From: Patescibacteria group bacterium
Lineage (GTDB): Bacteria; Patescibacteriota; Patescibacteriia; Buchananbacterales; UBA6539
Length of the DNA: 64,000 nucleotides
Assembly: GCA_041649675.1 (NCBI GenBank)
Contig: JBAZMQ010000001.1
Location: forward strand, 64,792 to 128,791
Direction of reading: 5' to 3'
Each line of letters begins with the position of its first letter. Within the stretch, counting starts at the first letter, position 1. Of the stretch, positions 27,643 through 36,982 are shown in pieces. The position numbers were made by a program, and so were the translations under genes. The notes beneath the pieces are model-generated. The model was not told where the DNA came from and did not search any database. It worked only from the letters and a program-made list of their open reading frames with translations.

Positions 27643-28332
27643 TTATATAGATCCAATAATCGGCAAAAGATCGGCCATGTTTGAAATAATAGGGAAATGC
27701 GGCCCCCGTCCTGACGCCGCCATTCTAAGACGCCGCTTGGAATAGTAACCGCCGCTAATGGCTACTGTTTTCATGCCTAGCTGCCAGCCAATTTCAGTTT
27801 CCTCCGGGCTGTCTCCGACGATGAAACATTTCGCAGGATTATATCTGCCGTCAGCAAGGAACGCAGACATCTTTTCCAGCTTATTTCTTTGCACCATTGA
27901 AGTCTGGCCGGCGGTATTAGCCAGGACAGCGGAAAAAGAATGTTGCAGCCGCCACCTCTTAAGCTGTGCTTCAATACCCCATTTGGTGTGATTGCTCAGA
28001 ATTATAGCGGGTATTGATTCTGTTTCAAGGTAGGAAAGAACTTGACGGACGCCCTTTCTGGTTCGCAGTTTGCAAACTCTGGGTTCATAGAATCCGTGAA
28101 AAACCTCACCCATTCTTTCCGGCTCAGATTCGAGTTGTTGCCTATTACAGCCATGAAGTCTGTAAAATTCTACGGCCGGAATAATAATCGTTCGACGGTA
28201 CTCTGAGAGTGAAGGCGGATTGCCTCCAAAGGCAGTGATAACAGCGTCATCCGCTTCCTTGCAGGCCTGCGTATCGGCTATAATCGTTCCATTAAAGTCA
28301 AAAGCAACTAATTGAACCTTGTTATCTGTCAT
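27643..28332 (-). CDS. HAD family hydrolase (phosphoglycolate phosphatase-like)
   Basis: FDFNGT motif I, LSN, K, VGDS; AAGGAGG SD. Confidence 0.87.
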   Translation of the reverse strand: MTDNKVQLVAFDFNGTIIADTQACKEADDAVITAFGGNPPSLSEYRRTIIIPAVEFYRLHGCNRQQLESEPERMGEVFHGFYEPRVCKLRTRKGVRQVLSYLETESIPAIILSNHTKWGIEAQLKRWRLQHSFSAVLANTAGQTSMVQRNKLEKMSAFLADGRYNPAKCFIVGDSPEETEIGWQLGMKTVAISGGYYSKRRLRMAASGRGPHFPIISNMADLLPIIGSI

Positions 28333-28508
28333 CGGACAGCCTCCTTATAGACAATTTGTTCAAACAACAAAATCAATATAAAATATTAACATAGTTTTTT
28401 AATATCGTCAATCGGAATCCGTAAGGCAAGTTTTATCACTCATTAAGACAAGCTTTAAGTAAAAAATCCCCAGACTTATTTTGGAGATTTTTTATATAAA
28501 ATATTTAG

Positions 28509-29204
28509 TTATTCAGTTTTAGCGGTTTGAAGCAATAAGGCTTTGGTCCGTGGGCCAACTGTGCCGTAGCCAGTACTTGATTCGCTGCCTTGGCAAACAA
28601 TTTTTTTGGCGCACTGAAAGCGTTGTAAGGCTTTTTTAGTCATTGAACCAAAGGTAGTTGATTCTTTACCGGCAGAACCAGGGCCGGATTTGGCAACAGT
28701 AAAACCGGCGTTATTAAGAATTTGTTGCAGGGTTTTTACTTGCGAATTAGTATCGCCCAGTTTCAAATTAAGCGTCAGGACCGGGTTAGTATTTTTAACA
28801 CAACCAGCCCAGGGTTTGGTTCCTGAGTTATCGTATAAATTTTTAGCGTAAGCTAAGTTGCCATCAAGGGTGTAGATATCCATGCCTAAGCTGCTGGCAA
28901 AATCAGCATGAATATTTTCGTCAATTTGAAAGACGCCGACATATTGGTGATTGTGTAGCGGCGTGCCGTTGCTAGTATATTGGCGAAAACCGGATTCACA
29001 TTTGGCAATGGAGATCATGGCCGGTATTTGGGCAAAATATGAGCGCACAGCAGCTTCGGTTTGGACTAATGTGGGCAGGGTAGTTGTGGCTGTGGTCGTT
29101 GATGTATCGTCTTGAGCCATGGCTTGGGTGGACAAAATTGTAAATAAAAAAATAGCACTTAATAAGGTGCACCAATTGGTAATATTTTTATTTGTTCCTT
29201 TCAT
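28509..29204 (-). CDS. Secreted lysozyme/SLT-like domain + peptidoglycan-binding domain protein
   Basis: Signal peptide; IAKCESG, GVFQI, G..PW..C; G.....VK.LQ..L and FG..T..AL..FQ. Confidence 0.8.
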   Translation of the reverse strand: MKGTNKNITNWCTLLSAIFLFTILSTQAMAQDDTSTTTATTTLPTLVQTEAAVRSYFAQIPAMISIAKCESGFRQYTSNGTPLHNHQYVGVFQIDENIHADFASSLGMDIYTLDGNLAYAKNLYDNSGTKPWAGCVKNTNPVLTLNLKLGDTNSQVKTLQQILNNAGFTVAKSGPGSAGKESTTFGSMTKKALQRFQCAKKIVCQGSESSTGYGTVGPRTKALLLQTAKTE

Positions 29205-29296
29205 GTTTAAATTTTACCTAAAATATATCAATTTAGCAATCACTTGCTTGGTAATTATTTTGCTTCCAAGTCTTTAGTGAGGTATAATAATTTGGT

Positions 29297-30115
29297 ATGA
29301 ATTTATTTAAAACCAACAATTTAAGCGAGATTAATAATCTGCAGCAAGAGATTATTGATGAATTCAGTTCGGAATTAACCCAGGATAAATATTTGGAAAT
29401 TGGCCAAAAAGGTTTGTGGCAAAGCGAGGAAATTTTAATTGATAAATATTTTGCCAAAAATTCCAGCGTTTTGGATGTTGGCTGCGGCAGTGGCCGGACA
29501 ACGCTGCCTTTGTTTCAAAAAGGCTATCAAGTGATTGGCGTTGATCTAACGCCTAAAATGATTGAGTCGGCCAAAAAAATTATTACTGCCAAAAATCTGA
29601 ATATTGATTATCAAATCGGGGATGCAACGAAATTAGAGTTTAAAGACAATTTTTTTGACAATGCGATTTTTGCCAATAACGGCTGGACGCAAATTCCCAG
29701 TCAAGCAAAAAGACAAAAAGCCTTAGACGAAATTTACCGGGTCTTAAAGCCGAGTGGTTATTTTATTTTTACCACTCACAAAAGAAATTATTCCCTTTCC
29801 CGGTCAATATTTTGGGTCGGCCAATGGATAAAAGTCTATATTTTAAAACCTTTAGGTTATAATATTAAAGAGATTGAATTTGGTGACCTCTTTTTCCAAA
29901 GAAATGTGAGTGGTAAAAATTTAGACCAAAAGCAGTTTATTCATATACCTAGTGTTGGTGAAGTTAAAAGACAAATTAAGCGGTCTGGGTTTAAATTAAT
30001 TGAAACTGTATTGATGGGTGAACTTTCGTCCAGTGATGCCGCCAGTCGGAGAAGTACGTTGACTAAAAGTGATGATGCTAATAAATCACCGGTCTTTTAT
30101 GTTTGCCAAAAATAA
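29297..30115 (+). CDS. Class I SAM-dependent methyltransferase
   Basis: VLDVGCGSG, GVD, GDA..L, RVLKP.G. Confidence 0.9.
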   Translation: MNLFKTNNLSEINNLQQEIIDEFSSELTQDKYLEIGQKGLWQSEEILIDKYFAKNSSVLDVGCGSGRTTLPLFQKGYQVIGVDLTPKMIESAKKIITAKNLNIDYQIGDATKLEFKDNFFDNAIFANNGWTQIPSQAKRQKALDEIYRVLKPSGYFIFTTHKRNYSLSRSIFWVGQWIKVYILKPLGYNIKEIEFGDLFFQRNVSGKNLDQKQFIHIPSVGEVKRQIKRSGFKLIETVLMGELSSSDAASRRSTLTKSDDANKSPVFYVCQK

Positions 30116-30117
30116 TT

Positions 30118-30678
30118 ATGTCAATTTTTAATATATTGCTTATTGCTTTTTCTTTATCGTTTGATGCCGTTGCGGTGGCCATGGCCAATGGCGCCAAGCA
30201 CATTAAAATGCCTTTGGCTAAAGCATTAAAAATTGCCTTTTTCTTTGGCCTTTTTCAGTTTTTGATGCCTATTATTGGCTGGTTTATTGGTGTTAATTTG
30301 CTAGCTTTAATTTCTGGAATTGATCACTGGGTGGCTTTTTTACTTTTAGCCGGCATTGGTGTTAAGATGTTGTTTGAATCGTTTAAACCCGTTGAAGAAA
30401 GACAGATTGATATTCATGGCTGGAATATTTTAATCTTGCTTTCCATCGCCACCAGTGTTGACGCTTTAGCCATAGGAATCACTTTTGCCATTTTGCCAGT
30501 CAATATTTGGTTGGCCGTGACCCTGATTGGGCTAGTAACTTTTATCATGTCAATTTTGGCAATTTACATTGGCAAAAGATGCGGTGAAATTTGGGGGAAA
30601 AAATCAGAAATTGTTGGCGGCTTGATTTTAATTGCTATTGGTTTTAAAATTTTATTAAGTCACATATTAATCAATTAA
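30118..30678 (+). CDS. mntP: Manganese efflux pump MntP family
   Basis: LSFDA.AVA, FG.FQ..MP, DHW.AF, ATS.DALA.G. Confidence 0.9.
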   Translation: MSIFNILLIAFSLSFDAVAVAMANGAKHIKMPLAKALKIAFFFGLFQFLMPIIGWFIGVNLLALISGIDHWVAFLLLAGIGVKMLFESFKPVEERQIDIHGWNILILLSIATSVDALAIGITFAILPVNIWLAVTLIGLVTFIMSILAIYIGKRCGEIWGKKSEIVGGLILIAIGFKILLSHILIN

Positions 30679-30685
30679 TCTATCT

Positions 30686-31348
30686 ATGAAGAAATTAATT
30701 ATTTTATCAGTCCTTGGTTTAGCCTTGGTTGGTTGTCAAAAAAATACAAATTTAACTCAAGAAATTAACACTAATCAATCTGTCTTGAATCAAAATCAGG
30801 CAGTTAATCAAAATGTCACTATGCCGTCAACTCAAACTAGTCCGACTCCAGATAAAGATTTAAGCAATATTACTAAAGCCATTATTAAAACCAATTTAGG
30901 CAATATCACGGTTGAATTCTTTAATCAAGACGCACCCAAAACTGTGGCTAACTTCGTTAAACTAGCTAGTGCTGGATTTTATGACGGGACAAAATTTCAT
31001 CGAGTAATAAAGGATTTCATGATCCAAGGTGGCGATCCGTTAACTAAAGATGATAGTTTAAAAAATAGTTGGGGAACGGGCGGGCCAGATTATCGGTTTG
31101 CCGATGAAATTAACAGTCATAAATTAGTCAGAGGGTCGCTAGCCATGGCTAATTCCGGACCGGATACCAATGGCTGCCAATTTTTTATCGTTACCGCTGA
31201 ATCTACGCCTTGGCTGGACGGTAAGCACACCAATTTTGGTCAGGTGGTGGCGGGTCTGGATGTAGTTGATAAAATTGAAAATATAAAAACCCAAGGCCCG
31301 GATCGGCCAATTAGTAATGTAATAATTGAGAGTGTTGAACTTAAATAA
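30686..31348 (+). CDS. Cyclophilin-type peptidyl-prolyl isomerase, lipoprotein
   Basis: LVGC lipobox; APKTV.NF, FHRVI.DFMIQGGD, AMANSGP.TNG.QFF, WLDGKHT.FG. Confidence 0.95.
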   Translation: MKKLIILSVLGLALVGCQKNTNLTQEINTNQSVLNQNQAVNQNVTMPSTQTSPTPDKDLSNITKAIIKTNLGNITVEFFNQDAPKTVANFVKLASAGFYDGTKFHRVIKDFMIQGGDPLTKDDSLKNSWGTGGPDYRFADEINSHKLVRGSLAMANSGPDTNGCQFFIVTAESTPWLDGKHTNFGQVVAGLDVVDKIENIKTQGPDRPISNVIIESVELK

Positions 31349-31423
31349 ATAATGGCAATCGCCTAGCAGAAAAGAAGAAAAAGGTGTATAATTTATTGGT
31401 AACAGTCAATAATTAATTAGCAA

Positions 31424-32209
31424 ATGATTGAAGTAAAAAATTTAAGCAAAAAATTTGGTAATTTCACGGCAGTTGATAATATCTCATTTAACGTTAATAA
31501 AGGAGATATTTTTGCTTTTTTGGGTCCAAACGGGGCAGGCAAAACCACCACTATTAAAATGCTTACCACGTTGCTTTTGCCAACCAGTGGCCAGATTCTA
31601 ATTAACGGTCATGATCCGGTTAAAGATCAAAATGCCGTACGCCATTCTTTTGGCATAGTTTTTCAAGACCCGAGTTTGGATGACGAGCTAACAACTTGGG
31701 AAAATATGGAATTTCACGGGGTTTTATACAATGTACCCAAGAAAATCAGACGAAAGAGAATTGAAGAAATGTTGAAATTTGTTGAACTTTGGGACCGCAA
31801 GGACGAACTAGTCAAGAGATTTTCCGGCGGGATGAAGCGACGCTTGGAAATTGCCAGGGGCTTAATCCATCACCCGGCAATTTTATTTTTAGACGAACCG
31901 ACTTTAGGGTTAGATCCGCAAACCAGAAATCATATTTGGAATTATATTAAGGAATTGAATAAGACAGAAGGCATGACGGTATTTTTTACGACTCATTATA
32001 TGGAAGAAGCTGACAAGTCAGCCGGCCAAGTAGCAATTATTGATCACGGTAAAATTATTGCTCTGGGTAGTCCAAATCAGCTAAAGGAAAAAACTAAAAA
32101 ACCATCGCTGGAAGATGCATTTTTGGATTTGACCGGCAAAAGTATTCGGACCGAAGAGGTATCAACTCAAGATCGGATGAGAGTAAACCAAAAAATTTGG
32201 AGGAGATAA
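31424..32209 (+). CDS. ABC exporter ATP-binding subunit (DrrA-like)
   Basis: GPNGAGKTT, FSGGM, LDEPT, TTHYM. Confidence 0.95.
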   Translation: MIEVKNLSKKFGNFTAVDNISFNVNKGDIFAFLGPNGAGKTTTIKMLTTLLLPTSGQILINGHDPVKDQNAVRHSFGIVFQDPSLDDELTTWENMEFHGVLYNVPKKIRRKRIEEMLKFVELWDRKDELVKRFSGGMKRRLEIARGLIHHPAILFLDEPTLGLDPQTRNHIWNYIKELNKTEGMTVFFTTHYMEEADKSAGQVAIIDHGKIIALGSPNQLKEKTKKPSLEDAFLDLTGKSIRTEEVSTQDRMRVNQKIWRR

Positions 32210-32213
32210 TTAT

Positions 32214-32960
32214 ATGAATACAATATATATTCTTTGGTTAAGACAACTTAAAAGATATTTTCGATCAAAAGCCAGAATGATTGGATCGCTTGGCCAGCCG
32301 CTTTTATTTTTATTAGCTTTGGGATTTGGTTTTGGACCAATTTATCAAAAAGCCGGGCAGGGGAGTTATTTGCAGTTTATTGGTCCGGGCGTAATTGCCA
32401 TGGCAATAATTTTTACGGCAATTTTTATGGGGATTGAAATAATTTGGGACCGGCAGTTTGGCTTTTTAAAAGAAACTTTGGTCGCGCCAGCTTCCCGGTT
32501 TGAAATTATGATTGGCCGAACTTTGGGTGGCGCTACGGTGGCTGGTTTGCAGGGGGTAATTGTTTTTTTATTGACTTTGGTTGTTGGTTTTCGCCCAATC
32601 AGTTTGGCCTTGCTGCCTTTGGCGTTGGTTTTTGTAATTTTGATTGCTTTGGTTTTTACCGCTTTTGGCACGGCCATTGCCACTCAGCTGCAAGACATGC
32701 AAGCCTTTCCAATCATTATGAATTTTTTAATCATGCCGATATTTTTCTTGTCCGGAGCCTTATTTCCAATTGAAGGTTTTCCCGAACCAGTGGTAGCCGT
32801 AATGCGGCTTAACCCTTTGCTTTATGGCGTTGATGGTCTTCGCGGGGCGCTGATTAACGGAGCCCATATTGGTTTAGTAACTGATTTTTCAATTTTAGCC
32901 GTTATTACTGTCCTTCTTTTAGGTCTTGGTGCTTATCTTTTTTCAAAAATTCAGGTCTAG
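32214..32960 (+). CDS. ABC-2 type permease (DrrB-like)
   Basis: DR.FG.LKE.LVAP, FLSGALFP, NPL.Y.VD. Confidence 0.93.
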   Translation: MNTIYILWLRQLKRYFRSKARMIGSLGQPLLFLLALGFGFGPIYQKAGQGSYLQFIGPGVIAMAIIFTAIFMGIEIIWDRQFGFLKETLVAPASRFEIMIGRTLGGATVAGLQGVIVFLLTLVVGFRPISLALLPLALVFVILIALVFTAFGTAIATQLQDMQAFPIIMNFLIMPIFFLSGALFPIEGFPEPVVAVMRLNPLLYGVDGLRGALINGAHIGLVTDFSILAVITVLLLGLGAYLFSKIQV

Positions 32961-33032
32961 TTAGCTAAAATTTTTTATTATTTTTTACCAATTTCTATTA
33001 TCAGGAAATTGGTTTTTTAAAATTTTTGACCA

Positions 33033-33089
33033 TTGACAAACATTCAAAAATCTGTTAAGAATAGCGTACGAGTTGAACCTTGACAACTA
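33033..33089 (+). promoter_or_regulatory. Promoter (TTGACA) followed by boxA-like TTGAACCTTGACAACTA
   Basis: -35 at 33033-33038, -10 near 33056-33062, motif at 33073-33089. Confidence 0.65.
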
Positions 33090-33298
33090 AGCTAAATTTC
33101 GCAAAAGGCGATTATTAGCTTTGTTAATAAAACAGGAAACCAAAAAAAAGAAAAAGAAAGAAAAGAAAGGAAGGAGGTGGACCGACACCAAAATCGGTTT
33201 TTTTGTGATGTTGTAATGTGTTAGTCATAGGCTTCAATATTAGGTTGGGGCTTTGGTTTAAAATTGGCAGATCTCAAATAAAGGAAAGGTATTGTGCC

Positions 33299-36200
33299 AT
33301 GAAGAATCGAGTATTGTTGACACTGTTGGTGCTGGCGGTTGTTTTATTGGGCGTTGGTTGCCCTAATTCGGAACCAGAGTTCTCCGTGCCCCGTTACGAC
33401 GCGGCCGGAAACTACCTTGGAACAATGGCACTGTCCAGCTTGGACGTTGTCCAGGATCCACAGGTGGTTTTAAATCCGCCAGACAACCAGATTATCCTGA
33501 CGGCAAAAAACTTCGCGCTGGAGCGAGCGTATGGAGAATTTACCATTTGGGTTAGTAAAGAATACCCAGAGGTGGAACTTTCCTTACAGCTCTTTGGCCC
33601 TAAGAAGGCGGAAGAAGCGGAAAAAAATCTGAGCCATGAGCAGTTGGCAGCATTATCAATATTTGCCAATGCGATTGGGATGGGCCAGCATTTTTCAAGC
33701 TGGACTGATTTTATTCAGGTCCGCAATGGTACAGTCACCGCGACTATACCATTTCCCGAGTTGGTTGTCCGGATGACGGTTATCCGACTTGAATCGGCCT
33801 CAGCTACCAATAGTGATGCTGCCTTTGTCTTTTCCAACCCCTTGCCGTTTGATGAAGGGGAAGGTGAAGAAGGTGAAGGCGAAGGTGAGATTGAAGGCCA
33901 AAATGAAGGCGAAGGTGGAACCGAAGGTGAGATTGAAGGTGAAACACCGGATAATTGCGGCGGCGGAGTCGCCACCATTTCAGTGACGTTCAAACCGAAT
34001 GTCGCACTTTTCAATCTGACCTCACCCACTCCAGCCACAAGCGTGATTGAGTTTGATGTGGCTGGTATGATCGGCGCCAATCTCGCTGCGGCCAGCTACG
34101 TTATTGGTGCAGACACCTTGGTTTACGGACCAAAAGATCTGCAGCCGATTGTTAACTGTTCGGCAAAACTTTTGGTCTGTGATAACCAGAATGATGCAAA
34201 TCAAATTGCAAGTATTATCGTTATATACGACAAGACCAAAGTGCCGACGCCGGCTGGTGGTTTGCCTTCTCTTGGACAGTTGTCGGGCGAAGTCAAACGT
34301 TTGACAGTTGCTTATACCACCAGTAAGTCAATCACCATTGATAAGGCGCCTGGGATTGATGACGCGGACGGAATTGTCTGCGGCAGTGTTTCAGGAGCTA
34401 TTCCTGCGGGTGCCAAAGTGGCAGTACGAACCAAAATCAATGGCAACTGGAAACCATTTCCGCCGTTTGTGGAAGTCGTGAATGGCAAGTGGTGCCACAA
34501 TATCTATGTCGCGACAGGCGACAACCGGTACAGCGAGATCGAAGCCTGGCTAATGGCAGCGGACGCGGACTTTCCGTGGACCGATGCCAAAGCCGACGAT
34601 GTGCCATTGGCGACAACCGTTTACAAGCGGGTGCCGTCAATCAGCATCACTTCATTTCCGCGACCCGGCACCGGCGATCCCGAAATTGTGCGCGTGGATA
34701 CAATCGTATCCGACGCCAGTAAGTACAAATGCGTGATCGAGGCGTTGACAATCGTGGATGGCCACCAGCAATGGGTGATTCAACTCACCAGCGGACAACC
34801 GTTATTGTCGCTTGACGCTTTCAGCCAAGCCGCCGGGACTGTTTCCACTTACCGCGTGCTCAAGTATTGGGCCTGGTTGGTGGAGTATCCGTTGCCCGGG
34901 GCAATTCCTCAGTGTACGGATATCGGTATTGATTGTCTGGGTGAAACGCCGCCATCGGTTCCCGGCTGGGTAGCCTGGAACTGGGTTGGTCTTAACCCGG
35001 CTATTGATACCACGCCACCGGTTATAACCCTCTTGGGTGACAATCCGGCAATCGTTGACGTGTTTACGCCGTGGGTTGACCCGGGCGTTACGATCACGGA
35101 TCCTGATGACGGAGACCTGACAGCAAACCTGGTTGTGACCGGCGCCGTTAACACGTCTGTTCTGGGAACCTACATGGTTCATTACAACGTTTCAGACGCA
35201 TCAGGCAATCCGGCAACGGAAGTGATTCGGACAGTCGTGGTCGTTGATCGCGGTTTTCCGGTGATTACGTTGCCCGTTAGCAGCCCGCAAAGCTGGGACG
35301 TTGGTGTGACATACGTTGCTTCTGTGGCAACGGTTACGGACAACTACGACACCGGCCTTACGGCTCAAGTGGTAGTCAGCGTTGATACGACCAAGCCGGG
35401 ATCAGGCAGTGTAACCTACACGGCCATTGATTCCAGCGGTAATACGACCACGGTTATTTTGGTCGTCAATGTCGTAGACAATACACCGCCAGTGATTGAG
35501 CCAATCGCCGACATAACCATGCACCAATGGGATTTCCAAACAGTGCAGTTGACGGCCACGGACAATATCCCAACCGGGTTGGTTTGGAAGTCGGTCGTTT
35601 CGTCTGACCCGTTGTTGGAACTCGACTTCACGCAAGACGGCTTGGTGCGCTTGTATACACATGATGTCGCTGGTGTTGCTACGGTTACGGTGACCCTGGC
35701 TGATGCCTCGGGTCTGGAAACCATTGCGATATTCCAAGTCACGGTTTGTGAGTGTCAGGGCCCGTTGATTGAGGTTCTCCAGTCGCCGTCATATGGCACT
35801 TGGGACAACCTGCTGGTTAAAGTGACTTGCTACAATCCGAATGACCTGGTGCTTTTCACGCAAGTTAGCGTGCCCAGTGACCTGGAAGCAATATTGCCTC
35901 CCAAACCCGCCGGCCCTTGGTGGCCCAAAGATAATTGGGGCCTTGCCGGTCTTAAGGTGATCGATCCGATCACTAAAGAGGCAAATATTCAGGTGGCCAC
36001 CGGTGGGTTTGACAACACTGCCAACGCAATCAGTGTGGCGGCGGTTCAGGCGGTTGTTAATGGTGTTCCTTTGGCGGCAAGCGATTTGCCACCGGGTAAC
36101 GACTTGCAGCAGGCGTACATTGGTATCGAGCCGTTCCAAATCCGCGGCACATTGAATTCCTTGTTTATAGACAAGACCCCGAAGATCGTTCCGCTTTTCG

Positions 36201-36841
36201 TTTCGCCATACGGTGATCCGGAAGGTCGGGTGGACTTCGCGGTTACGTCGATTGACCCGGAGCTGTTTGACATCGTCGTTGATGTTTGGGCTGATGGCTT
36301 GGCTGAAGAGTCCTGGGGATTTGGTTGGCGCGCGAAGCCGAGCTTTGATATGCCAATCACCCAAATCGATTCCAGTAACCAAGGAACCGTGGATATCACT
36401 ACGGGTCCGGGTGATGTTTCTGCCACCGCGGTAAGCATTACCTTGAGATGGAAAACCGATTTCTTCCCGCCTTTGTATGGCCAAGTCGGTATTGATGGCT
36501 CTGATCCTTCCGGGCCGTTTATCCCTGGTGCAGTCGTTCAGAAGTTGATTTGTCTGGACCTGGACGGAAGCGGCACGTTTACCGGACCAGCCTACACCTT
36601 GACCATGGACGTTGTCGGCCAAGGTACGGTTGAACCCGGTTATGGTGATCACCATTATCCGGAAGTTATTCCCGCGGGTCAATTTGGTACCAATATCCTG
36701 GTTCGGGCAATACCTGACCCTGGATGGTATTTATTACGCTGGGAAGGTGCAACAGCGAGTGAAACGGATCTAACCTCCGTTGCGCTCGTTAATGAGCCAA
36801 CTCAAACGATAAGAGCGGTGTTTGCGGAGGAGACACCGTAA
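33299..36841 (+). CDS. Large surface lipoprotein: EGEGE linker, repeated beta-sandwich modules, two DUF5011 Ig-like domains, C-terminal InlB-B-repeat-like domain
   Basis: Start MKNRV after AAGGAAAGG; GVGC lipobox; DTTPPVITLLG...G.Y.V.Y.VSD..GN; YTLT..V.GQG.V.P. Confidence 0.8.
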   Translation: MKNRVLLTLLVLAVVLLGVGCPNSEPEFSVPRYDAAGNYLGTMALSSLDVVQDPQVVLNPPDNQIILTAKNFALERAYGEFTIWVSKEYPEVELSLQLFGPKKAEEAEKNLSHEQLAALSIFANAIGMGQHFSSWTDFIQVRNGTVTATIPFPELVVRMTVIRLESASATNSDAAFVFSNPLPFDEGEGEEGEGEGEIEGQNEGEGGTEGEIEGETPDNCGGGVATISVTFKPNVALFNLTSPTPATSVIEFDVAGMIGANLAAASYVIGADTLVYGPKDLQPIVNCSAKLLVCDNQNDANQIASIIVIYDKTKVPTPAGGLPSLGQLSGEVKRLTVAYTTSKSITIDKAPGIDDADGIVCGSVSGAIPAGAKVAVRTKINGNWKPFPPFVEVVNGKWCHNIYVATGDNRYSEIEAWLMAADADFPWTDAKADDVPLATTVYKRVPSISITSFPRPGTGDPEIVRVDTIVSDASKYKCVIEALTIVDGHQQWVIQLTSGQPLLSLDAFSQAAGTVSTYRVLKYWAWLVEYPLPGAIPQCTDIGIDCLGETPPSVPGWVAWNWVGLNPAIDTTPPVITLLGDNPAIVDVFTPWVDPGVTITDPDDGDLTANLVVTGAVNTSVLGTYMVHYNVSDASGNPATEVIRTVVVVDRGFPVITLPVSSPQSWDVGVTYVASVATVTDNYDTGLTAQVVVSVDTTKPGSGSVTYTAIDSSGNTTTVILVVNVVDNTPPVIEPIADITMHQWDFQTVQLTATDNIPTGLVWKSVVSSDPLLELDFTQDGLVRLYTHDVAGVATVTVTLADASGLETIAIFQVTVCECQGPLIEVLQSPSYGTWDNLLVKVTCYNPNDLVLFTQVSVPSDLEAILPPKPAGPWWPKDNWGLAGLKVIDPITKEANIQVATGGFDNTANAISVAAVQAVVNGVPLAASDLPPGNDLQQAYIGIEPFQIRGTLNSLFIDKTPKIVPLFVSPYGDPEGRVDFAVTSIDPELFDIVVDVWADGLAEESWGFGWRAKPSFDMPITQIDSSNQGTVDITTGPGDVSATAVSITLRWKTDFFPPLYGQVGIDGSDPSGPFIPGAVVQKLICLDLDGSGTFTGPAYTLTMDVVGQGTVEPGYGDHHYPEVIPAGQFGTNILVRAIPDPGWYLLRWEGATASETDLTSVALVNEPTQTIRAVFAEETP

Positions 36842-36982
36842 TTGCTATTTGTGTTCAGCCCTTAGATTGTTTAATCTGAGGGCTTCTTTTTTTACTTAAT
36901 AAACCTAAAGAGGGCATTTTTGTTGTTTAATTTGACAAAGTATTCAAAATATGATATAAATTAGATAGCTTAAAACTTAGCT

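Noticed and set aside
12207-28456. Integron attC or CRISPR interpretation of the four repeats
   Set aside because: Spacing is kilobases, there is no RYYYAAC...GTTRRRY arrangement, and no tyrosine integrase or cas genes are present.
33412-36682. Many overlapping ORFs inside the large lipoprotein, including 35789-36682
   Set aside because: Expected from stop-poor alternative frames in GC-richer coding DNA; no recognisable domains.
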